From Salisapilia sapeloensis CBS 127946 (Eukaryota > Protista > Oomycota), in contig JAADVB010000180.1 of assembly GCA_023334545.1 (NCBI GenBank), positions 1 through 38,846 of the forward strand: DNA of 38,846 nucleotides. Direction: 5' to 3'. The notes beneath the pieces are model-generated. The model ran no database searches and was not told the origin of the DNA. It worked only from the letters and a program-made list of their open reading frames with translations. The translations under genes were made by a program, and so were the position numbers. This document shows, piece by piece, positions 1 through 8,630 of this stretch; the first letter of the stretch is position 1; every line of letters starts with the position of its first letter.

Positions 1-417
1 AGTACGAGCTCGTTACCGAATGATTCGACCGCTAACCTCCTTCAGTGGAGGCAGTGGCCGGATAAATATCGATCTGTGGAAGGAGACCTCTTATGGTAAC
101 CTAATATAAGTATAGGTAACCATCAATAGACTTATACTTTATTTTATATATTGTTGCTGCTTTTATGAAGTGTATTCGTCTAGTGATGTAGTACATGGAC
201 CGAATGCGCGCTCTTTTTTATCCGTGTTTCCAAGCAAATTTACTCATGCTGGAAGTGGTCTGCCAAGCTTGCCACTTGCCTTGGTACTCAGATCTGACTA
301 TATCGTGCTCACTTCTGAGACGATACCATAACCTATTGGCTGGACATCAAAGCCAAGAGTGGCATTCGAGTCCAACTGGCAGTGTATTTCGGCCCCTTTC
401 GACTTACGTGAAGCAGC

Positions 418-1049
418 ATGGAAGATGAAAAGCTAATCCACATGCACGAGATGCTTTCCAAGCTCCGACCTGGTGGTAAAAAGGTGTGTATTACAATTCT
501 ATCGACCTTCTTATCCCGCTCTTATGCATGGTCACCAAGTAGGGCGGACTCGGATTTGGTGCTGCAGCAATTCCAAAGCGTAATGGCAAACGCACGGATG
601 GCCTACCGGACAATAGCCTTTACTCGATGTTTGTAAGAGAAGGTCAGAGCGGCTATGAGCATAAACACTTCGAGGAACCAACAGAGGACACGTCCGAGGA
701 GCAGGAGAAACCCAAGAAGGACAAAAAAGCAAAGAAAGACAAGAAGAAGAAGTCAAAGAAGACATCAAAAGGAGCGAAGGAGATAGTAGTAGAGACAAGT
801 GTGACGGACGTGGAGGTTCCGAAGAAGAAAAAGTCAAAGAAGAGTAAAAAGGTAGAGGAGGACGACACGGATAGTAAGAAGAGCAAAAAAGTAGAAGACG
901 AAGAGCAAGCTACCAAGAAAAAGAAGAAGAGCAAGAAGCGTCAAGTCTCCGACGAAGAGGACGCTTCTCCACGGAAGAAATCCAAAAAACAGAAGACCGA
1001 GTCGAATGAAAAGTCGAAAAAGTCCAAGAAGAGCAAGAAGGACAAGTAA
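418..1049 (+). CDS. Small lysine-rich (KKE/KKD-tail) protein, probably nucleolar; 2 exons
   Basis: ATG at 418. GT-AG intron 484-542 (59 nt) joins ...RPGGKK to GGLGFGAAAIPKR...NSLYSMFVREG in frame with track ORF 627-1049. C-terminal ~110 aa is K/E/D/S low complexity. Nucleolar role is inference from composition only. Confidence 0.75.
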
Positions 1050-1108
1050 GGGTATAGTATAGACCACATTTTCCCATGTTCTCTACCGCCTCGCTCTCAT
1101 CCATCTTA

Positions 1109-3038
1109 CTACAAGCGAGCCATTTCCATCAGCATGCTGATGTACTCTGTTCTACCTTGAATATTCGGAATCGCCTTCAAAGAGGCTACGCGCACTCGAA
1201 TAAGCGCCCATCCGAGCTGCTCAATCTGCCTCGCCTGCAAAGCGACCGTCCCTAGCATCTCACCTTGTTCATGCTCAACCTGTCGGCCACGGCCTTTCCC
1301 TTTCGTTCCCGAGTCTTGAGCACTTTCTGCACTATGCACAGCGTCCTCCCGTTCGACCTTGTAGCATTCATCTCCATACAGCTCAATCGCGATTCGATGC
1401 TTTGGAAGCGCAGCGATGACACTGTAGCTGCCCTCGACGACATACGGCATCTCGTACCATGTCTTTCTACCGTACACTCTGTCCAATGCGCTGGTGAGCA
1501 AGTGTCGTCGTGTGAAAGACAATCCTCTCTTGGCCCTGACATTAAAGAGCTTCATCTCTTCCTGACACTCCGTCGCCATTCGTTCCGACAGACGCAAGTG
1601 CGACGGACGCTTATGGGCTTCACAGTCGATATGTGCTTGCCACAGTTGACTCTTAACTTTCATCTTCACCGACTCTGAACTCTTGATATCATCCACTGCT
1701 CCGTCATTCGCGAGTTGGAAAGCACGCGTGAATAGATTTTGATCAAAGTGTTCCGCCATGATAAATGATTGCACGAGAGACGTTACAGCAACTACATTGA
1801 CCGGTTCTTCCTGCAACACGTACCTAGCACATGTATCTAGTAGATGACGGATCCAATCACTCTCGTACTCTGCTCTAGGTGTAAGCGAGATAATGTGATT
1901 GACAGTGGATTCAATGGCGCTCGAACTCAAGTTCGAAGCTTCTCTCTTGCCATTGACCAAGTAGCACGTCTGGGCAGCCAATGGTTTGAGCGTCGACATT
2001 TGTCCCACACGCAAGGTGTGCAGTGCAGTTGCGATGGCATTGATCGCATTTAGATTCTGTAGCGTCATGACGTTAAAGTTCACGAGATTCTCAGTCATGT
2101 CAATGAGTTTCCACATGAGCATTTGATCTCGTTCCGTCTGTGCTGTCGAGTCGAGCGGCGGGAAGTCGGCCAGTCCATCTTCCGGTGCCTCTGACATGGT
2201 CGAAGTCGAATGTGGCCATGCCGTCGAATCGGAGAATGCTTTTTTCTGGAACTTGTACGAGCTAAAGTGACCGACGCGATGGAGTGCTGTCTGAATATTA
2301 ACAGCATTCATCTCATGCGCATGTTTGTCGACGATCTCGAGCACAGCATGACGACTCGAAGCCTTGAGGATCTGCGTGTTCAAGTCTTTATTCGAATGCG
2401 AGAACTTGTGCGTGTTTCGAATATCAAGAATGCCCAATGTCTCTCGTAGACTTGGCTGAGATGCCTGCATAAGGAACAGTTCATTCCACGTACTAAAGTT
2501 AAGCACAGATGAAGGGTATCCAGACACGGACATGAGTGGACTAGCATCCTCTGGTAGATGGATTTCTACTCTCTTCGCACTAAAGAATAGTCGTTCGACG
2601 GAAAAGAGCTCCCCCAAGGACCCAACTTGCTGGTTGCATTGGAGACAATGTAATCCTTTCTTGAGCTTCAATGCATTGTCTTCATAATCGTTCTGTAGCA
2701 CTGGTCCTGTATACAATTGCTCGAGTGGTGCGCCAGAGATACTGGATAGATGGACTCCGTTTTTCCTAGCATCCTACTAAGTATAGTACACAACTATGGT
2801 TTTAAGAATGCACATACCGTTTGAAGAAGACCAGGTCATTCGTTTGACTTACAACGGAGCTGCAATTGCCACACACCAATTGGCCTGATGGTCGTACATG
2901 ACTCTCGACATCGCTCGAATGGTTTTCATCCGATGAAATTTGCAATACCTGCGATCTAGACACAAACGTTCGAGGACGCTGGAGGGAAGAAGCAGCGATT
3001 GCAAGCCTCCTACTCGCTGCTAAGCCCCACACACGCAT
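1109..3038 (-). CDS. Putative mitochondrial RAP-domain protein with N-terminal two-CxxC zinc-binding domain; 2 exons
   Basis: ATG at 3038 (MRVWGLAASRRLAIAASSLQRPR, Arg/Ser/Ala-rich and acid-free, presequence-like). Intron 2817-2766 (52 nt) joins track ORFs 2802-3116 and 1109-2716 in frame. Motifs CGNC and CLQC. C-terminal RAP-like segment RIAIELYG...ARQIEQLGWALIRV. Confidence 0.75.
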
Positions 3039-3140
3039 ACCTCTCGTTCTCAATTGACGCGAATGAATACGTTGTATCGACGGTAACACGAATGTTGCAC
3101 AAGCAAAAGGTTGCACAGAGAGAATCTATATAGCTTAGCT

Positions 3141-4367
3141 CTAGCTAGATGGAAGTACGATTACACTCTCTTCTTTCGATCGATCGCAGCTTTCTGGGCA
3201 AGAGTATACGACGATACCGAGCCAATCCATCCCTCCTTTCGACTCTGCAGACTTGGCTTTTGCCACTTCATCCACATGGAGAAAGTATAGTAACGTCGGT
3301 GTCAATTGCATCTCAAACACCTTCTTACGTCCACACTGACATTGTGAGATTTTGCTGTCTGGAGGTGCTGTCGGCCATAATGGCTCACCACCGTAGTCAT
3401 ATCGGAGACACTGCAGTGGACTTCGACTGACTCGGTTCTGGAATTTGATAAAGTATCGCTGATGCGCAGGAGTCTTCTCGTATGCTTCGCTCGAGCCTTT
3501 ACTTGAGGAAGACTGCGCCGGGTTCTTAAGTAGCTCTTTTAACTGAGATACGTCTTCTGACTTCTCTTCCTCTTCGGAAGCCATGTACTGCTCTAGCAAT
3601 GACTTTTCGTATGCAAAGTCCTTGGCTCTTGTATGATCTTCATATGGTTCTTCCGTCACGTCGAGTAGTAGAGATGGAAAGGCGTCGCCGTTTGATACAG
3701 TTGTAGTCGTTGGAGCTTTCTGCTTTAGAGTATTGTCTTTCGCTTTGGGACTAGTCCGATGATTCATTGCTGCATCCCGTTGCTGTAGCAATTGCTCCAA
3801 GTCGACGTCATCTGAAGCTAAATTGGACTCTTCATCACTCCAGTCGCTATCGTCACCATCACCCCATCCTACTTCCAAGCCCTTCACTTGAGCTGTCAAC
3901 GACTCTACTGCTTTCTCTTCTACTTTTGCTTTTGCTTGGTCTCGAATCACTCGCCAACTGCTCTTGTTAGTCTTATTGGTCTATCGTATGCAAATGGACT
4001 AGCCTACCTCCCACTCGTGTCGACGCAATCGATCGAATTACACCCAAAGACATACAACGTCCGGTCCATCTCGGCCGGTGCATACACCTGCAATGCACTC
4101 AGCACCTAGCGATACCTCCTCATTCATTACTAGTCTACCTGAGCAACCAAATACAACGGTTCTTTGCACTTCGGGCATATCAATGGCTTGGACAGCTTGG
4201 GCATCGAGTCATACCATGCCTATATCTCTGCTAATAAGTACAATGACCACAATCTAGACATTCACATGAAAGCCTACAGGCTGTCCTCCGACTTTGCAAG
4301 CGTATGGGCTCGTATCATCCACTGATGCAGCCTCATGGACGATACCTAGTAGCACTGGTGTCTCCAT
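3141..4367 (-). CDS. PDCD2L: PDCD2-like / TSR4 (uS5 chaperone family) protein; 4 exons
   Basis: Spliced N-terminus METPVLLG...CKVGGQP / AWY...CPKCKEPLYLVAQ / VYAP...RTLYVFGCN...C.../ SWRVIR (introns 4277-4220, 4138-4088 and one near 4000-3955). PDCD2_C motifs FQNRVSRSPLQCLRY, CQCGRKKVFEMQLTP, MDWLGIVVYSCPESC. Confidence 0.9.
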
Positions 4368-4441
4368 CCGTCGACAGTATACTTTAATCAAGTGATTGTG
4401 GCAGCCACAAACAAGGAACACAAAACACAAGTCACGTGGAA

Positions 4442-4821
4442 ATGAGTGAGACTGCGCCGGTGAGCAAGGAGGAGATTCCGTCCGAGTACCGTATCTCGGA
4501 GAAGTGGGACAAGTGCCTCGAAAACTTTACTCTAAACTTCACCGCCGGACTCGTCGCTGGTGGCCTCACGTCCATCGTCCTCGCTCGTACGTCCTCTGCC
4601 GAGGAAGATTTGTTCATGTTCTAATAGCTACTCCTCTAGGTTCTCGCGGTACCCGAGGCTTGGTGACAGGTCTTGGTGCTGGATCTGCGGCCGGAAGCAG
4701 CTGGACGACCTGTCAGTTGGCTTTCAACGGCGATGAAAAAGCCCAGGAGCGACTGAATGCCTCCGATAAGATGATCTCGGACTTTAAGGACCAGCTCCAC
4801 CAGCCGCCCAAGGACGCCTAA
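4442..4821 (+). CDS. MIC10: MICOS complex subunit Mic10; 2 exons
   Basis: ATG 4442; intron 4587-4639 (53 nt). Product ...SEKWDKCLENF...GLVAGGLTSIVLAR/SRGTRGLVTGLGAGSAAGSSWTTC has the WDxC motif and two Gly-rich (GxGxG) transmembrane segments typical of Mic10. Confidence 0.85.
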
Positions 4822-4906
4822 TGGATACTTGCATACGAAAGGATGTGATGGAACAAGGCCAATACGTTGAAATAAAAGATGCTTTGTCTTTAGATACGAG
4901 GGCGGA

Positions 4907-5724
4907 TCACGCTTGGAATGTTAGTTGGAAGTTACATGCGCCGATACTGAGCTTGGTCTGTTGATCGGTGTGGATCCGGACGCTCTCGTCTTCTTCGAGC
5001 GTTAGTCCGTTGATACCAGATCCATTCGTACTGCCAACATCCTTGTAGAAGACGGACCCATCGGCATCGATGGAGAACTAGTACGACGTTAATGCACTAT
5101 CTACCGTCTATAACGATATACTGGTACCTCTCCATGGTTCGTAGACACTTCCATGTCTTTTGGAAGGCTCATTCCCTTTGGCGAACGATACTTGCGTCCG
5201 GCAGACCGACCAACAGGGCATACTCGTTGAGAGTCCTAGAAGTACTCGCCCTTTAGCACATTATGCATACAGATATAGATATTCTGCTTACGTAGCTTAG
5301 ACGAAAGATAAAGGTTTTGCCCTTGTAGAGACCTTTCGTACCCTTTGCATTTACAGTGTACGCTGCACTGGTCTTGACTGTCTCTGGGATGTCATTGAAT
5401 TCCGACGTTTTGGCTGTATGTACTTTTAGTCAGCTTTATGCTGTAGGTGTTCATTCGTGAATCGAAACTGCCGTACGCATCATTTTAAGCTGGTTCTCTT
5501 TGTTAACTTCACGCATCTTGTGCTGTGTCTTGTCAAAGTGGTCGCGTAATTGCTTGGCATCACGCATCGACTGCTCTGTAATAGTCTAGTTGTAACGTAT
5601 AAGTTTGCAATCAATGTGAGTGAATGAGCATGCATTTAAAATGTACTCGACATGCTCTATCTTGCACAATTGTGATCAGTTCATGCATTTCCATGGTCTC
5701 CATCCGCTCCTCTTCCAAGTCCAT
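4907..5724 (-). CDS. FHA-domain protein with N-terminal helical region; 5 exons (absent from ORF track)
   Basis: ATG 5724; GT-AG introns 5646-5586, 5476-5414, 5291-5236, 5127-5078, all phase-compatible; TGA at 4909-4907. Product contains VGRS...EVSTNHGEF...[10 protein letters not shown], matching the FHA signature G-R...S-x-x-H...D-x-G-S-x-N-G. Confidence 0.85.
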
Positions 5725-5952
5725 TTTTGTGCGTTTTCAAATGTAAACGCGGGAATTTACTATTATGCTAACGTCACCGACTATATTTTGAATTGTCATT
5801 TATCAAGCTCTACTTCGGTCGTTGCCACCGAAAATGCGTATATACCTTCCTTTACTCGTCTTTTACATCCTGTATGAATACGAGTAGCTCTAACGCAATG
5901 GAAGGTCATCAAAATTGCAATAGGCAGTAGTATCCACATATCTCCGAACACT

Positions 5953-5964
5953 TCACTTCATTTC
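5953..5964 (+). promoter_or_regulatory. Possible oomycete-type initiator (Inr, YCAYTYY), two overlapping copies
   Basis: TCACTTC (5953-5959) and TCATTTC (5958-5964) lie 21-33 nt upstream of the YEATS ATG. Short motif that can occur by chance. Confidence 0.3.
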
Positions 5965-5985
5965 AGTATGCAGCTGCCATAAAAC

Positions 5986-6621
5986 ATGTCGGACGCGAGG
6001 CAGAAGAATGTGGTGGTGAGTAAGCCCATCGTCTACGGCTCCGTTGCGTCGTACCTAGGACGCAAGTCGGAGGAAACTAAGACCCATCGATGGAGTATCT
6101 ACGTCCGTGGCGCAGACAATGAAGATCTATCCTACATGCTCTCGAAAGTCGTCATTACGCTCCACATGAGCTTTGCCAACCCTGTGCGAGTGCTCACGGA
6201 GCCTCCATACGAAGTCACAGAGCTCGGGTGGGGTGAATTTGAAACACGCATTCAGCTCCACTTTCACGACGCCATCGAGAAACCTGTCGATATTATCCAC
6301 GCACTCGTACTCTACCCTCCAGGCAATCAACCCGCCAGCACGAAGAAACCGGTCATTAGCGAATTTTACGACGAACTCGTGTTCAACGAGCCAACAGAGT
6401 ACTTCTACAAGAAGCTGATGGCCGGTCCAGAGAAGCAGGCACCACCGTACCCATTACAGGAGCATCTACCAGTGTACAAGGACCAAGAGATCTTGGAGAC
6501 GATGCAAAAGGCACAGGAATTTATTACAGACGAAGTGCAGGAAACCAAAGACACCATCTTGAGCACTGACATGGAGATCCACAAGCTGCATCAACTACTA
6601 GCTGAAACCAATACGACTTAA
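5986..6621 (+). CDS. YEATS4: YEATS-domain protein (Yaf9/GAS41 family)
   Basis: KPIVYGSVA...THRWSIYVRG...KVVITLHMSFANPVRVLTEPPYEVTELGWGEF...EFYDELVFNEP plus C-terminal coiled coil; single exon. Confidence 0.95.
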   Translation: MSDARQKNVVVSKPIVYGSVASYLGRKSEETKTHRWSIYVRGADNEDLSYMLSKVVITLHMSFANPVRVLTEPPYEVTELGWGEFETRIQLHFHDAIEKPVDIIHALVLYPPGNQPASTKKPVISEFYDELVFNEPTEYFYKKLMAGPEKQAPPYPLQEHLPVYKDQEILETMQKAQEFITDEVQETKDTILSTDMEIHKLHQLLAETNTT

Positions 6622-6664
6622 GTTCCTTTCTAAATAACTTTTATTACGCCAAGGTAAAATGAAT

Positions 6665-8002
6665 CTACACACGCACATTCGGGTCCGTCTGCTGCTGCCA
6701 CGCATTCAGCAGCTCCAACCCTCTCTCCACTTCACTCGAGGCAGGCTCTTCCGTTCGATTCGCGACACCTGCCTCCAACTCTTCATCCGACGAGTCCGTC
6801 GTCGTATCACTGTTACCATCGTGCAGCAGCTCCTTGACCTCATCAACCTTTTGCGTCTGCTGCTCTTGCGACAGCTTCGGCTCTTCCTGTTTCTTCGGGA
6901 AGCAGTTGAAGCGAACCCAATTGAGACCGATACCGGAGAATGCAAGCGTCAGTCCGACCGTCTGCTCCATCGACAGCACATGGCCAAAGAGGATGACGGA
7001 CAGCACGATCGACAGCACCTTGCGACACGTGCCCACGATACTCGTGGTCAACGCACCAAACTTGCTGATGGTAAAGAAGATGAAGCCTTGGCCCAGAGCT
7101 CCCGTAAGACTGACGAGCGCCAGGTCCGGCAGTGACGGAATGACGTAGCGCACAAAGGTCGGGACTTCACCCATGACGATCATACCGATCAAGGCGAAGA
7201 CACCTTTCCACATATTCACGTAGTACATGAGGTCGAAGGCGCCAATGTGGTACTGCTCCAAGTACTTGTCTTCAAGCGCTCCAGTCGCACCGTCGAAGAG
7301 GAGCGAGAGGACGAGGAGAGACATGCCGAAGAAGAGGTTGGGCGTGTGCTCTTCTTCGCCATCGAGCTTGGGTGCAGGCGTGCCTTCACGCTCTTCTTTC
7401 TCGTGCGCCGTGCCGACTAGGAAGACGGCGACACCGGCAGATAGCACGAGGACCGAAAGATACTTTTTCAACGGATAGTTCTTTCCCAAAAAGACTCCCA
7501 TGAGCATAACAGGGATACTCTTGCATGACTTGCCCAAGATACGCGTGATAAACGTCACGTAACGAAGAGCAACCATTGATGCGATCGTAGATCCAAATGC
7601 TAGCATACCGACTAATGCCACGTATTTCTGGGGCATGTCGGATTTCTTTTCCCTCGCAGCAAGGTGCAATCCCTTGGCTGCAAGCGCGTAGAAGACACAT
7701 GTGACGCAAGTGAGCGATAATTCACCGAGGACACGGTGCGTGGTAATTTTCTCCAATACAACCGCGTTAAGCGAAAAGGAGATCATAATACCAGTACAGC
7801 AAAAGGCTAGTAACCAGACACTGTCACTACGTCTAGACGGAGGCGTTCGTTCAGCAGGTTGGATGCTCGGCAGCGTCTTATCGAACCCGACCGACTTCAC
7901 ATCGTCTGACTTTTGTCGAAGAGCTTGCTTCTGATCGGCATTCACAGCGATCTCGGCGAACACTGGGTTCGTGTTGGAAGGAGCGTCTGCACTGCACACC
8001 AT
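6665..8002 (-). CDS. UAA-family nucleotide-sugar transporter (SLC35B1/HUT1-like)
   Basis: Multi-TM ORF with ILGKSCKSIPVMLMG, GALGQGFIFFTISKFGALTTSIVGTCRKVLSIVLS. Substrate cannot be assigned from sequence. Confidence 0.9.
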   Translation of the reverse strand: MVCSADAPSNTNPVFAEIAVNADQKQALRQKSDDVKSVGFDKTLPSIQPAERTPPSRRSDSVWLLAFCCTGIMISFSLNAVVLEKITTHRVLGELSLTCVTCVFYALAAKGLHLAAREKKSDMPQKYVALVGMLAFGSTIASMVALRYVTFITRILGKSCKSIPVMLMGVFLGKNYPLKKYLSVLVLSAGVAVFLVGTAHEKEEREGTPAPKLDGEEEHTPNLFFGMSLLVLSLLFDGATGALEDKYLEQYHIGAFDLMYYVNMWKGVFALIGMIVMGEVPTFVRYVIPSLPDLALVSLTGALGQGFIFFTISKFGALTTSIVGTCRKVLSIVLSVILFGHVLSMEQTVGLTLAFSGIGLNWVRFNCFPKKQEEPKLSQEQQTQKVDEVKELLHDGNSDTTTDSSDEELEAGVANRTEEPASSEVERGLELLNAWQQQTDPNVRV

Positions 8003-8388
8003 GATCGCGTTCGGAACTTGGCTTCAGAAGCTTGAATGGCGATTCGAAAGGAAGATCCATGCCTGCCATTGCTTTCCCGGCAGGAAAATGTGCTGGGAGG
8101 ATGCCTCTTTCTCATTGGATGTATGTGTCCAATCAAAGACGAGGTTTGTCGATATTCACAAAGTCCTTCCTTTGTGAAACGGAGCTTCTGTAGCAAAATA
8201 GGAAAAACGATAGTTGTACGCTTTCATGTTGATTTCTGTATGTAGCTTCAAGTGAGAAACAATTGACGTTAAACCATCACGAGGCCAGACGAAGAGACAC
8301 GAAGATCCTGAACAGACGCTTGCGGATAGTTTATGCGCAGGAGACACCATCGCTTTGATTCGACCTAGACGTGTCGATATCTACTTGT

Positions 8389-8442
8389 CTGCAGACACGT
8401 TAGACACATAGCTGCCTTAATAACAATTCATTCTGTACTTAC
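8389..8442 (-). other. Probable 5'-UTR intron of the nucleotide-sugar transporter transcript
   Basis: Minus-strand donor AG|GTAAGT at 8442, branch-point-like CTAAC at 8403-8399, acceptor TGCAG at 8389; 54 nt, matching other introns here; flanking exons lack an ORF continuous with the CDS. Confidence 0.6.
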
Positions 8443-8596
8443 CTACAAAGCGACGCTTCAGTCCACCGTTCAGTCCTCCACTTCTTTCCATAATCGGCTT
8501 AATTTAGAAAGCCAGAAATAGTCCTCGAGCGACTGCGTCCTGTGGCGGCAGTTTTCATCATCTGGCCTCGTCCTCGCGATAGGACTCACGCGTCCA

Positions 8597-8603
8597 TCAT
8601 TTC
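8597..8603 (+). promoter_or_regulatory. Possible oomycete-type initiator (TCATTTC)
   Basis: Matches YCAYTYY 27 nt upstream of the PDE ATG at 8631. Short motif, weak evidence. Confidence 0.3.
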
Positions 8604-8630
8604 CTGGTCCGTTGTAGCTAAGACACGTAC

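Noticed and set aside
94-122. GGTAACC direct repeat around an imperfect AT-rich hairpin
   Set aside because: Too short and imperfect to distinguish from chance; no associated element.
195-428. 77 aa ORF upstream of the Lys-rich gene
   Set aside because: No motif or compositional signal; overlaps the better-supported ATG at 418.
653-1067. Phe/Leu/Ser-rich minus-strand ORFs resembling membrane proteins
   Set aside because: Antisense shadows of the AAG/GAA-rich Lys/Glu tail.
2600-2900. Calling the two-CxxC domain a RIG-I-like antiviral receptor
   Set aside because: No helicase or CARD motifs; the fold family cannot be resolved by eye, and the context points to organellar RNA metabolism.
6659-7135. 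158 aa Arg/Leu-rich plus-strand ORF
   Set aside because: Antisense to the transporter CDS; no independent motif.
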